A stretch of 63,813 nucleotides of DNA, filler included, from Thraustochytrium aureum (lineage: Eukaryota): the NCBI GenBank assembly GCA_012862495.1. It is 7 parts of 4 records of this genome, joined end to end, with 100 filler letters (N's around TTAATTAATTAA, not from the genome) between each part and the next. Parts side by side here need not be neighbours in the genome. Positions count along the whole stretch, not along the records: positions 1 to 15,520 come from BLSG01000257.1; positions 15,621 to 23,605 come from BLSG01000257.1; 5 more parts are not named here. The stretch is one strand, 5' to 3'. Under the pieces are notes generated by a model. The model searched no databases. It was not told the DNA's origin and was given only the letters and a program-made list of their open reading frames with translations. The position numbers and the translations under genes are program-made. Positions 8,147 through 20,800 of this stretch are shown here, piece by piece. Position 1 is the stretch's first letter; the number at the start of each line of letters is the position of its first letter.

Positions 8147-10346
8147 CTAGTCGCAGCAGCGGACAGCAACAACAGACTCGCGTCCGACGCAGCTGCCCCT
8201 CTTGGTTGCTTTGGTAAACGTGCGCTGGCTCCTGCCACGGTTGCAGGCAGTTTCGCTCCAGACGGGCTCGTCATCAAAGCTGCACTCGGGCGTGTTTCCG
8301 GCCTTCTGAAGCTCCCTGAGACTGCACAAGGTCTTCCCCGCGTCCTTGCAAAAGGCTTGCGCGTCCGCGAATGGAAGCCGCTCGCAGCTCGGCGTGTGAA
8401 GAGTCGGGGGAAGAGTCGGCTGGGCCGTGGGAGTCGTGAGCGGGTCAAAGCACTTCTTGGAACGACTGCTGCCCACTTGATCAAACAGACAATCACTGCG
8501 CCTTTCGCAGTCGCGCTTCTTGAGGCTTGCGCAGGATTTCGTGGGGCGAGGCGTCGGGGCGAGGGTGGGAGCGTCCGTCGGGTTCGGGGTCGGCGAAGGC
8601 GGCAGTGTGGGAGGGGTCGGCTTGGCGGTGACAGACTTGCTGCCGATCGAGCAAATGCTACCCTCCTTCGCCCTGAACTGCTTGCCTCCGGCAGCCGAAA
8701 TCATCATCGAAGGGATCTTGACCTTTTCGGTGCCATAGTACGCCGGGGGGAAGATGGTCTCGCTGTTGCTGGTGAGGTGAATCAGGACCGCCATGGCGCC
8801 TTGCTTTTCAGCTTGTTGCACTTTCTCGAAGAACAGGCAGCCCCCGCGAGCGACGAGCACGACCTTGCCCTTGAAGTTCTCGTTGGTCGGGCTGCAAAGC
8901 ATGCCATCGCCGGCCTTGGCGACGGCGAGTGGTCCTTGCAAGAGCTCCGCCTCGTCGATTGACTTGCCAAACGTGGAGGGCGCAAAGTCGGTGCACGTGG
9001 TTTCGGCCACGCAGAGCGTCACGGGTGCCATCGTCGGCGGCGAGGTCGGCTGCGGAGTCGGCGGGGTCGGCGGGCCGGTGTACTGCGGCACTTGGAGCAG
9101 GAGGTTGGGCGAGTTCTTTCCCGCGTTGGGTAACCTTGTTAGGAACTGCGAGCGCCATGAGCTCGGCCTGCGCGGCCTTCTTGTCGAGGCCGTGCTTTTC
9201 AAGGAGGACCGCTGCCACGCCTGCGACGTGCGGCGTGGCCATCGAGGTTCCCGAAATGGTGTTGATCGCCGTTTTGCTGCCCTTCCACGACGAGGTGATG
9301 CTCGAGCCAGGGGCGAAAATATCGACGCACTTGCCAAAGTTGGAAAAGCTGGAACGCGCGTCTGTGCTCGTGGTGGAGCCGACAGAGATGACGCCGCCGG
9401 CCTTGGCGCTTCCTCCAGCACTCGCAGGCGACACTTGACAGGCGTCCTGGTTTTCGTTGCCAGCGGCCACGACGACAATCATGCCGGCCTTGGCCGCATC
9501 CTCGACGGCCTTGTTCATGGCGCTGTTCTTGCCACCGCCAAGCGACATGGAGATGACGCCGGCGACGCCCTTGTTTGCCTTGACGGCCCACTCGACGCCC
9601 TGGATCACACCAGACGTGCTGCCAGAGCCGCTGCCCGAAAGGACCTTGACACCAATGACGTTGGCGTCCCGAGCAATACCGTACGAGCTCCCGCCAGCAG
9701 TCCCCGCGCAGTGCGTACCATGCCCGTTGTTGTCCACCTTCGGGTCCTCGTTGATGTAGTCCCCACCCAGCGAAGCGCGGCGCTTTGAGCCAGAGATGAG
9801 AAACTCGTTGTGCTCAAAGTTGAGCCCGGTGTCAACAACGTAAATGTTGACGCCGCGACCAGTGTGCGAGGCGGAGAAGGGGGCTCCCTTGCTGAGCGGC
9901 AGCGACGGTTGGTCAATACGGTTGAGGCCCCAGCTCTTGGGGTCGCTTTCGATCTGCACGACAAAGTCTTGCTCAATTTCCCCAAAAACGCCGGGAAGGG
10001 CCTTCACAAAATTGACGGTGTCGAGGTCGCCAGTGAAGGCAACAAAACAGTTTTCGACGATCTGCATCGCGTGGACCTCCTCCTCGCCCTGCAGTTCGGC
10101 AGAGCGAAGAAACTTGTTCCTTGACTTGGTGAACTGTTTGACTGCCTGCTCGATACCCTTGCAGGACGTTTCGTTGCCGAGCACCGTGGCAATATAGGCG
10201 TTCTCGATCGCGAGGCCGCGGTCTGTCTTGACAAGCTTGCGACGGGTGAGCGCGACTTGGTCGTCGGACTCGTCAATCATGGCCGAGGCGGGCGCAGCCG
10301 CGAGCAGAGCGGCGAAGCTCGCCATCATGGCGGCAGAGAACCTCAT
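8147..10346 (-). CDS. Secreted subtilisin (S8A, proteinase K-like): signal peptide, propeptide, catalytic domain, Pro/Thr linkers, PA domain, Cys-rich C-terminal module; +1 frameshift at about 9129
   Basis: Signal MRFSAAMMASFAALLAAAPASA; triad YVVDTG / DNNGHGTHCAG / ISGTSMATPHVAG; oxyanion AAGNEN. Removing one C at 9128-9130 joins VPNKVT to NAGKNSPNLLLQV. PA motif FKGKVVLVARGGCLFFEKVQQAEKQGAMAVLI. Confidence 0.93.
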
Positions 10347-12691
10347 TGTCGCGTTTTCCTTGTCCTCGTTCTGAAGAACTGGAGCTACTTGGTTGCTGCG
10401 TCGATTGTGGAGCGCTCGTTGTTTTGACCTGTTGTGGCGATTGGGTTTTGCTGGGCGCTTGGTTTGGGGTCTGCCGATGTGGGCTTGCTCGGAGCGGGCC
10501 GACGAATCGTCGTTGACGGCATGTTTAGAGGCGGCTGTGTTTACGCTTGACGGGACTTTGTGGGAGCCACAGCAGCTAATTTGACGTTTCCTTTTAAAAG
10601 AGGTGGGAGGCGGTGCCATAAGAAGGGAAGGCAAAATACAGGCCCCGCGGCCATGCAAAGCGCGGCGCAGATGCACGGTCCCGCGCCAGCTACGCTTCTC
10701 CACCTGCATTTGCAAACCGCAGCCCAGCTGGCTCTAGTCCTGCAATTCTGCGCCCCTGAGATAGAAGCCGATTGAGGCCGCCTGTTTCGCCGCTCTCCGC
10801 GCTCCGGCGGCCTGAAACCATCAAGAAAGGCGGCGCAAAAGGGCTAGATGGATCGTCCGCCCGCCCTCCTCTCGCGGTGCGCGCAGACCCACGCGGGCGT
10901 CAAAATCACTCGTTTCCGACGTCGCACAATTCTCAAGTCCCCATGCAAATGTCCCACCCCGGCCCGCCGAGCGCCGCATCGCCAAGCAGATCTGTTACAA
11001 GGCACGGTTCAAAGAAAGGTTCATAATCATTAAAGTACGCGTAGTCTTGTATTAGCCTTGGCTCAATGGCACAGATCCGTTGGGACTCCGACCACCAAAA
11101 CCGTCGCGGCGCGGATGACAGACTCGCCGTGGAGTTTCCAAAGTGCGACCCGAAGCTCACTCTGCGTTGCAAGCTCCTGGGATTTCCAGAGTCCTTTCTC
11201 GGCGCCAGGGGGAATCGAGGTGGGTCGTTTGGTGGGGACACGCTTCAGCCCGCGCCGAGCGCCCAGGCTTTCCGGCCGGGAAATGAGCGACACTATGGCG
11301 GCCCCCTGCCGAAATGCAACTTGCTGCTCGCACCTGCTGCTCTACGGATCGGGTGCGAAGTGGGCCACGCACGTTGTCGGGAACAAAAGCAACAACCCAG
11401 CTCCGCCACCTGGAGAGCCCAACTCTACTGGGTGGGACCAAGGCAGCGCTACGCGATTCGCGCCGTGCCAACGATCAGCGCGCAGCACAACAATGTGTCT
11501 TTCCCTGCATTTTACCTGCCAAACTGCGCGCCAAGGGGCGCGGCCCCCAGCCATCATCTGCGCGGGCTCTTCTTTTGTCTGAGCGGGGCTCCGATTACAA
11601 AGCTTGAAGGACGCCGCAGCGGCTGTCAAAATCTGGGCTCCGCGGCGTCCGCCGATGAACGCGTATCTCATGATTGATGCCTCCCGAGCTGGCGTGGGAG
11701 CCTGTGGCACAAGCTCTACGAAAACTTGTTTGTCGCGGCCTGTTGCCGTGTCGGTCGACGGGCACGTCGCAGTGAAAAAACGCCGTTTCTGCTGCGCCCG
11801 CGGCCGGTTGCTTGCCCGCGAGAGTTCGAGCGTAGTAACAGTCGCCGGCCGCCGCTTTTGCAGTCCCGTCGGCCTCGAGTGACGCCCTGNNNNNNNNNNN
11901 NNNNNNNNNNNNNNNNNNNNNNNNNNNNNNNNNNNNNNNNNNNNNNNNNNNNNNNNNNNNNNNNNNNNNNNNNNNNNNNNNNNNNNNNNNNNNNNNNNNN
12001 NNNNNNNNNNNNNNNNNNNNNNNNNNNNNNNNNNNNNNNNNNNNNNNNNNNNNNNNNNNNNNNNNNNNNNNNNNNNNNNNGCTCTCAAAATTATACTGTC
12101 CAAGTGGGGATCGGGGACTCGCGCCACGTGCTCGGTCGGGCGTGTCCTGTTCTCGCACGGGCATAAGCGGGACAGGGGACTACTCGCGTCGGGGTTACAC
12201 CGAGATGCGCTCCTCGAGCGGGACTCGTCGCCAGTCTAAGTGCGATGGGACAATGCGGCCGCCCGATTCACAGCCCGGAGCCGCAAAGCCGACCTAGGAA
12301 CGGGTAGGCAGGCATGCAGACGGGTGGCACGGGCTTTGGTTGGCCAGCTGTCCATGCTGAGTGTACTTCGTCTTTTAGGTGTTGTTGTTTCCCCTGCCTA
12401 CAGAATGCGACTTGACTCGCGAGAGTACCTGGGCCAGATGCCAAGGGCCGTCACGCTGGGCCGAGTTTGGCTGTTTCTGCGAGGCGCAGGAGCACCAAGG
12501 CCAGGCCAGTCTACTTTACAGAGAGCCTGCCCAGCAGGAACTGGGTCATTCTTATCTTCTCGGCTGTTTTTCAATTGTTGAAAAAGCAGCCTTGGATGGA
12601 CGAACCAAACCAGACCAGCCCAAAGACCCGCAGGCTTCCTGCCGCGCATCGGCGGCGCCAACGGAGAGCGCCACTAGATTCCACACCAAGC

Positions 12692-14076
12692 TCAGTTATA
12701 GTAGCTGATGTTGTAAAGTGCAAGCCTCGACTTGTTGCGAGACCACGAGATGACCGAGGGGAATTGGCGGCCCACGTCCCGGACCTTGCGAAATTCGCGC
12801 AGTCTGGCGATTAATTTGGAGGCCGTGCTTGTAACCACGCCAACGAAAAAGTTGGCCCTTGAGGCGATCTCAAAGTCGATGATGGCGCACTCCCAGCCAG
12901 AGCAATTGCCCGTGTAAAAGAAGCCAGTGCCGTCCTTGTATGAATTGAGCGAATCCATGCGCTGATGGTCGCTCGCGACGAAGATTGGCAAGTCCGTGAA
13001 CCCAATCGTGTCATTCATGACTTCCAAAAACACGGACTTGTTCGGCGAACAAAGCGCGTTGCCAATCCCGTGGTTGTAGGATTCAATGCGAAGGTGGCAG
13101 CTCCCTTCGAGCCAGCGGAGGTGAACAGCAGCAAACTCCACCCCCTTAAAGTTTTCCTCAATGAACTGCGTGACAATGTCGCGAATCGACTTGCGCGGGT
13201 AGAGGTACTCGTGAAATCTGCGCTCGAGGTCCAGGCCGGGCAATTTGGCGCCCCACCGCGCGTTGCGGAAAGCAGTGTATCCTTTGAGGCTGAGTACCTT
13301 GATCCTCGCCGTGCCGCTTTTCAGCTTGCTCAGTACCGACGCATCCAGGATGTTGCAGCCAGCGCGTCGGTCGCAGAGCTTAGCGATGGCACGGCTGCGT
13401 TTGGCCTTGTCACAGATCCCCTCACGGTATGGGATCGTGATCTTGGGGTGGACGCGACCAAGAAGGTTGCTGTCGAAGTAGAGGGAAATCCTTTGGGGGA
13501 CGACCAGGGTTCGATTGAGCATGTAGGCAAAGACGAGCCCGCCGCGCACTGCCTGGAGCTGGTTGCTGAGGCGCCCGTACTGCCTTTGGATGCAGATGAG
13601 ACCCATGTCAGAGCCTTGTTCCGAAATCCTTTCAGGGAAGGCGTGTTGTGAGTAGCTTGCCCTGTCCACTTCCGTCAGTGCGGGGTTTGGAGAGCTGCTG
13701 TTTCTCGTTGTCGCGCTCTTGCCTGGTTTCGCGTCCTCAGCGAGACTGTCAACGCTTGCGAGGTATTTGTCTCCGTTGTAGAAGTCTGCGCTCTCTTCCG
13801 TCTGTCCCAGTCGAACATAGCTCAACTCGTCCAGCTCTTGAGCCGGGTACGCGGAAAACCTGAGGGCAGGGATTTTGACTGTTGCCTCCTTAGCCGAGTT
13901 GATTCGCGTTGAGTTTTCGAAACTCAGAAGGCTCACGGCTGCGAAAAGGGCGAACGCGACGAGAACGACAGCGTTCCCTTTGAAAGTCCCGTCGAACGTC
14001 GAAAGCCGGGTCCCATCTAGCGTGCGCTTGTCGCTCAGCGGTCTGCTCTCGTCGCAACTTGATTCACAAAGGCTGT

Positions 14077-14109
<33 letters not shown>

Positions 14110-14140
14110 TGCCCAGCACGAACCTCACCTGAGACTTCAT
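12692..14140 (-). CDS. GDP-fucose protein O-fucosyltransferase-like glycosyltransferase, type II membrane protein
   Basis: Acidic N-terminus, TM AVVLVAFALFAAVSLLSF, then YGRLSNQL...LNRTLVVP, FAAVHLRW, IFVASD, AIIDFEIASRANFFVG..STAS. Confidence 0.8.
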
Positions 14141-15520
14141 CTCGTCTCGCCTGTTTGAACCCTGGGAAGCTGCTCGAACAGCAGGCTGCTCGACAGTTTG
14201 TTGCGGGGTGTTGCGGAATCAACGCAGTGTCAAACCAAGCACAGCATAAAGTCTCAAACGACTGGCCTCGTGCCCGCTTGGCAACGCCCCTCGGCCGCCA
14301 CCACGAGTCTGCTTCGCGCGCGCTAGGTGCTGGAGCGTCTGCGTTGTCGCGCGCTGGGCAGAGCTTTTGAAGGAGTTCGGGACCAATGGAGTCTGCACTA
14401 CTTGCTGTTGCTCTTTGAAGGCAGGGACGCTTTTGGTCCCCTTTCTGGGACGATTTTCGTCCACTCGCTGTGCACCAAGAAGGATTCGACTCGCTTGCAC
14501 TTGGCTTGCACCAAGCAGTTAGTGCCAGGGCAACCAGGCGTAGGTATCCGACTTGCAGGTCAGAGGATCTGATTTGGTCAACAACAAGAGCGGCTGTTGG
14601 AGGAAGGTGGCAACTAGGCTTGCACAGATAATCTTTTGAGCTTGGCAAATGACACAATGGCCATCGGCAACGGCAAGTGGGATCCTCTTCTTCGAAGGCG
14701 GGCGAATCGGAGTCGTTGGCACACGCAACGACTTACCGGTAAGCCTAAGCCTGGAGGCCGAATGAAACTTGCGAGCCCCACCCGTCAGCGACCTCAATCC
14801 AGGTGACTCGGACACAAGACAACTCGCCGCAAAGCGGCACTGCTTGTTGGCCCGCTGCGCACGACTGGAAGACTGACTGACTGGTCACCGCGCGACTCCC
14901 CCGACAAGACGAGTCTTTCTGCGCTTTCTTTCACCCATCGGCCCCTCGGTGCACGGCGATGACAGACACTCGCACGAACGCCGGGGGGTTCACGTCAGGT
15001 CACGCTACGGAAGAGTAGCACCTGCCTTGAAGCGACTTTAAAAGGATTAGAACAACTGGGTTCGGGCAGTGGAGTTGCGGTGGCCTGCCGAGTACTTTGT
15101 CGCTGAAAGCCACCTTGACTGCGCCGGTCTTGCATGACCAGGATCGCTTGCGCGATGACGAGCATTGATGCCAATGAGCCCCCACAACAGCGAGCAGTTG
15201 AGGAAAGCTGGACAGCCAGCCATCGCACCGCGCCAGCTCGCCCCGTCGCTCGCCTTTGCAGCCCAACGGCCGCCCCCTCGCCGGCGGTGATCCTCCTTGA
15301 AAGGGAGCCTCCCGCACCCTTAACCTAGCCTTGCCCTACGGCGGATCAGCGCACAGCCCGTCAATAATGAACAGCCGAAATCGCCAGCTGTACACAGTGC
15401 GCGATGTCCTCCCACACAGCTACTCGGCGTCGGACGATCATAACTCGTATCACGTATCCCTAGTTGTGGGGCATCCGCCCAGCGCCCACCTGAATCACCC
15501 CGCACCACCTACCTACGGTA

Positions 15521-15620
15521 NNNNNNNNNNNNNNNNNNNNNNNNNNNNNNNNNNNNNNNNNNNNTTAATTAATTAANNNNNNNNNNNNNNNNNNNNNNNN
15601 NNNNNNNNNNNNNNNNNNNN
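15521..15620. other. Artificial scaffold-joining spacer
   Basis: N44-TTAATTAATTAA (15565-15576)-N44; stops in all six frames; recurs six times. Confidence 0.97.
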
Positions 15621-15700
15621 CTGCACGCCGTCGATGTCCAACTGGCGACCCGCTCTGAAGGTGGAAAGGGGCGGGTTGCCCGTCGGCGCCCCAGCCGCGA

Positions 15701-16934
15701 ATGCCGCCTCGCCGCGCAGCCGGTGACCAGCAAACACTGCACAGCGACGCACGCGGGGAGGCTTGGCGGAGGGCGCACCGCCGTTCAACGGCAGCGCTGT
15801 CTGAAAGCTCTTGCGCCGCTCGGCCGGAGGGAGGCGCGCAGACCAGGCAAGCCGCGATGGAGCCCGCGGACCAGAGCCACGGGAGCCGAACGGCGATGCA
15901 AGTACAAGACTCGCGAGAGGTGCGCTTTGGCGGCGCGGAAGACGAGCAGGTCAACTTGTTCGGATCGGAGCTCGTGCTGCAGGCCGAGCGGCCCGTGGGA
16001 GTCGTCGGCGCGCCGTCCTTCAAGGACGGCTGTGCCGTGGTGCGTTTCAGATGGGAGCTGGCGCCGTCGCGGCCAACTCGCGCCAAACTCAGCGCTCAGA
16101 TGGTTTGGAGCAACTGGTGTAGGCCTTTCGCCAATAGCCGACCGTTCAGCCTCGGCGACGTGGACGTGCCCGGTCGCGAGCTGCGCTTCCCGCCGCAAGA
16201 AGAGGTCGTGCAGGTGGCCTTCAACGGCACGGCCAAACCCGTTGCGCACGATGCGAGACCAAACCCGCCCTTCTTGGACCGCGACGTGTGCTTGCTCGTG
16301 TGGGCCGGCGAGGACCCGGCGAGCCCAGCAGCGCTCGACGCGGATCTCGCTCTAGCTGTCAAGATCCTCGTCCAGGTGGACGCAAGGTGTGCCGCGAGCA
16401 CGCCGGACGAGCCGGTGCCCCTCGCCAGCGATTGGGTGGACGCGGCAAACTCACTGCCTCGCGCCAACTCGGCCCATTTTTCGCCCCCCTCGCGCCGCGG
16501 AGCAGCGCTGCCACAAGCCCGCTCTCCGGTGCTCGCCAACTGCTCTGTAACTGGCTGGTCTGTCGAGCTCTCCACTATGCAGCAGGAACTCGCAGCGGGC
16601 GATGTCATCCAGGCCAGCCTCGTGCAAGCACAGGATGGCTGGCCGTTGTGCGCCGCCGCTTTCGTTGCTGGAGCGCCACAAGCGCTCACTGGTACAGAGG
16701 AGCCCCCCGAAAATCTGGTCGAGACTCTCCGCGCTGCAGTTTCGGGGCGCGAAGCGGCGAGGCACGCGTTCTGGCCCGCAACGGGCAACCCAGTTACGCT
16801 TGCCAAACTCGGCGGGCGCTCTTGCGTTTTCGTCAACACCAGCGCCCAACTCGCAATTCACAGCATGGAGCTCCAAGCGCGCGTCCACGTCGACCGCCGA
16901 TGCGCTTTGTGGGCGCGCTTTGACCGCATTCTCT
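15701..16934 (+). CDS. Hypothetical protein, runs into gap (start 15701 or 15857)
   Basis: About 400 uninterrupted codons with protein-like composition; no family recognised. Confidence 0.5.
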
Positions 16935-17895
16935 NNNNNNNNNNNNNNNNNNNNNNNNNNNNNNNNNNNNNNNNNNNNNNNNNNNNNNNNNNNNNNNNNN
17001 NNNNNNNNNNNNNNNNNNNNNNNNNNNNNNNNNNNNNNNNNNNNNNNNNNNNNNNNNNNNNNNNNNNNNNNNNNNNNNNNNNNNNNNNNNNNNNNNNNNN
17101 NNNNNNNNNNNNNNNNNNNNNNNNNNNNNNNNNNNNNNNNNNNNNNNNNNNNNNNNNNNNNNNNNNNNNNNNNNNNNNNNNNNNNNNNNNNNNNNNNNNN
17201 NNNNNNNNNNNNNNNNNNNNNNNNNNNNNNNNNNNNNNNNNNNNNNNNNNNNNNNNNNNNNNNNNNNNNNNNNNNNNNNNNNNNNNNNNNNNNNNNNNNN
17301 NNNNNNNNNNNNNNNNNNNNNNNNNNNNNNNNNNNNNNNNNNNNNNNNNNNNNNNNNNNNNNNNNNNNNNNNNNNNNNNNNNNNNNNNNNNNNNNNNNNN
17401 NNNNNNNNNNNNNNNNNNNNNNNNNNNNNNNNNNNNNNNNNNNNNNNNNNNNNNNNNNNNNNNNNNNNNNNNNNNNNNNNNNNNNNNNNNNNNNNNNNNN
17501 NNNNNNNNNNNNNNNNNNNNNNNNNNNNNNNNNNNNNNNNNNNNNNNNNNNNNNNNNNNNNNNNNNNNNNNNNNNNNNNNNNNNNNNNNNNNNNNNNNNN
17601 NNNNNNNNNNNNNNNNNNNNNNNNNNNNNNNNNNNNNNNNNNNNNNNNNNNNNNNNNNNNNNNNNNNNNNNNNNNNNNNNNNNNNNNNNNNNNNNNNNNN
17701 NNNNNNNNNNNNNNNNNNNNNNNNNNNNNNNNNNNNNNNNNNNNNNNNNNNNNNNNNNNNNNNNNNNNNNNNNNNNNNNNNNNNNNNNNNNNNNNNNNNN
17801 NNNNNNNNNNNNNNNNNNNNNNNNNNNNNNNNNNNNNNNNNNNNNNNNNNNNNNNNNNNNNNNNNNNNNNNNNNNNNNNNNNNNNNNNNNNNNNT

Positions 17896-20800
17896 CTCAA
17901 AGCGCGGCCTAGCCGGGCTCGCTGGGGCTGCTCTGGATGGCAGGGCGAGCTGGGACCTTGTGGAGGACGTTTGCGACTTGGTTGCACGAGACGCGGTCCA
18001 AGACGCCGCCGTCAACGGCGCGGACCTTGCTGCCGCGCTTTCAGAAGGCAGCGGACCTGCAGAGCGAGGCATCTTTGAGGAGGCGGGCATCGACCGAGCT
18101 GGTACCTGGCTCTGGTCTGTGCAGTCGTGCGGAGGCTCGCTGCAACACCGCGAGACTGGGCGGATGCCTGCCTCGCGCTCGGCCCCGCGTTCGGGCAGCA
18201 CTGGGCATGGGATAGAGGCTTGCAAGCGGCGTTCCGCGCCGCCTCTGCGGCCGAGCGCTCCGACTTGATCGTCTCAATCGCCAGCCACGCCAGCAGCGCA
18301 GCGGAAGGGAAACTCCGTCTCGTGGCCGGCGTGCTCCGCGACTGCGACGACGACGCGATGTCGCCGCCCGCGGTTACGGCAATTTGCGAGCTCGTCAAGT
18401 CGCACGCGGGAGGGCCGCTGCGGGCTGTTGCGCTCTGCGAGGTGTTGCCTGCGCTGTGCAGGGCGGGTTTTGAATCGATGCCAGCAGACTTTCTCGTGCA
18501 ACTTGGAGGCCAAGGGCTCGCAGCCGACTCTAGTGGCCTTCCGGACGTTTTCTCGCTCGTTTCTTTGCTCTCGTGTTGCAAGTCCCCGGCGGCTGAGGCT
18601 CGCTTGTTGAGGCCCCTGGCCTGTCCCCCAAGGTGTGGGCCGCAGCCAAACAGGCAATGTACGTACGTCGTTTGCTCCTTCCGCACGCGTGTTTGCTTGT
18701 TGCTCGCCTTGCCACGGCCACCGCGCCAGCCCAACTAACGCACGCCCGCCCTGTGGGATCGAAACGTCCGCTCCAATCCTCAGAGGCGCGCCACTCGACT
18801 CTCTCGAACTCAAGCAAGGAGTTTTTCTTCTGGAGCGGCTCCTCCACCTCTTGCCCGGGCGAGCCGACTCGCGCTGGCGGGCCCTCTCCAGCCTGTTGCA
18901 GGCGCTGCAGGACATGGACACGAGGCGCCTCAAGGCCGCATGGAAGCTCGTCGCTAGCTTCTCGGAGGCGAAAGCGGCCGTCTCAGAGCCCTTGGAGGAG
19001 ACCGCAGCACCGCCGCTCTTTGACGCATCGTGGCTCGAGCGAGCCCTTGCACTCGCCTTTTTGCATCCTAATCCAGAGTTTCGAGTGCACGCGGTCACCG
19101 ACTTTGTGGCGACCGCATCTGGACCAGGGCGACAGCAAGGCGACATATTGCACCTTTCGCGTGGGTGCCTGGCGGACACGGTGCTGCATACGTGCAACTT
19201 GCGTGGTATTCCGCAAGATGCGCTGTTCAAGTACCTGCTGAGCTGGATCGAGCGGGAAGCCGCTGCAGCTGGCGCCGAGGCCGCTGGGCTGGGTTTCCGG
19301 TCCATCTTGCTTCGCGCACTCGTGCACCTGGAGACGGCAATTTTGCACCCTTGGGCTGGCGTCATCCTAGACTCCCTGCTCGCCGCACCTCAGCGAGTCG
19401 CTGCGAACGTCGCGCTGGACAGGCCGCTCGCCGAGGCTGTTCTTCGCGTGCTGCTAGGATGTGAAGCGCTCGCGGTAGACCCTGTGTTGGGCGCCACGCT
19501 ACCGCCTCTGGTCGGCTTGCTCGTGCAGCTGCTCTCGCGGTGCGAGGCAAGCGACGACGTCCCGGCCGAAGTCGTCGGCGCGATCTCCCAAAGTCTCTCC
19601 GCATGGGGCTTGCCGCTGACGCCCAAGCCGCCTGCGTGGGACATGCTCGAGCTTTCGTGCCAGCTGCAAGCTGCTCTGCAAGACCCCGAGGGACTTGCGA
19701 GCGGCGAGCTCGCCTTGGCCCACGCCTGGCTAGCGCTCGAAGATGAAGACGTCGCGCTCGGGGCCTTGCTGGCGTGGTGCCAGGCCTGGGCCTCGCCCCA
19801 AGCTTTGCGCCCGGCTCTCGTAAGGTGGTTGCTGCACGCACTCGAAGCGACGCGGGAGCAAGCGGGAGCGGCGCCAGCGCGGGCGTTGAGGCGCTGTGCG
19901 AGCTCGCAGCAGCTTGTGGCCGAACTCGCCGCGCACTGCCGCTCCTTTGCATGCAGCGACCCGGGAGCTGCCCGCCTCTTGGCTGCTCTTGTTGAGAGCG
20001 ACATTGGCGACGAAGACGCCAGGCGCGCGCTCGCCGCGGCCTTTGAGCATGTTGTGGAGGCGGCAGTGGCAACCAGCGCGTGGTCATGCCTGGAGAACCT
20101 AGGCGCCGGCTTCTCGAAGGCGCGCCGCTCACTTGCGGAGACAGTGCATGCTGCTGCCCGTGGGCATGCACCCACGCTGCATACAGCTGCTGTGCTCTGC
20201 GCCGCGACGGTGACTCCAGAGCTTGGCTCGGAGCTTGCTGCCTGGGCGTCGAGCGCTCTGCTCCACGCTAGCGACGCCCCCCAGGACGCTTCATTGCACC
20301 GTTCTTCGCTGCTTGGCAGTGGCGGCCGCAGCGGGCTCGGCTGACCCAGTTGCGGGCGTCTCGGCCGCGAGCNNNNNNNNNNNNNNNNNNNNNNNNNNNN
20401 NNNNNNNNNNNNNNNNNNNNNNNNNNNNNNNNNNNNNNNNNNNNNNNNNNNNNNNNNNNNNNNNNNNNNNNNNNNNNNNNNNNNNNNNNNNNNNNNNNNN
20501 NNNNNNNNNNNNNNNNNNNNNNNNNNNNNNNNNNNNNNNNNNNNNNNNNNNNNNNNNNNNNNAACTCGGGGTCATCGAACGTCACGGTGGCAATTCAGGC
20601 CGCAGAACTCGCTTTGGGAGAGGCTGTTGTTTCGTGCCCGACCGCCGCCAAGCTCGCCCGCGAGCAAGTGTGGCCCTTGCTCTGGGGTGCTGACAGGGCA
20701 GCGCGCCTATTCGCCGTTGAGGAGCTCTTGTTTCGCGGGCTTTTGCCCACCAAAGCGAGCTCCCTTGTGGCAGAGTGGCAACGCGAGCTCCTGGACGTGC

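Noticed and set aside
8147..10346. Pseudogene calls for the subtilisin, MATE, ARMH3, CFAP57, TRM3 and SET genes
   Set aside because: Motifs are intact on both sides of isolated indels, mostly in homopolymers, with no other decay; sequencing error is more parsimonious.
15565..15576. TTAATTAATTAA as a biological site (PacI site, piggyBac TTAA target)
   Set aside because: Always centred in exactly 100 nt with N44 flanks; a standard six-frame-stop assembly linker.
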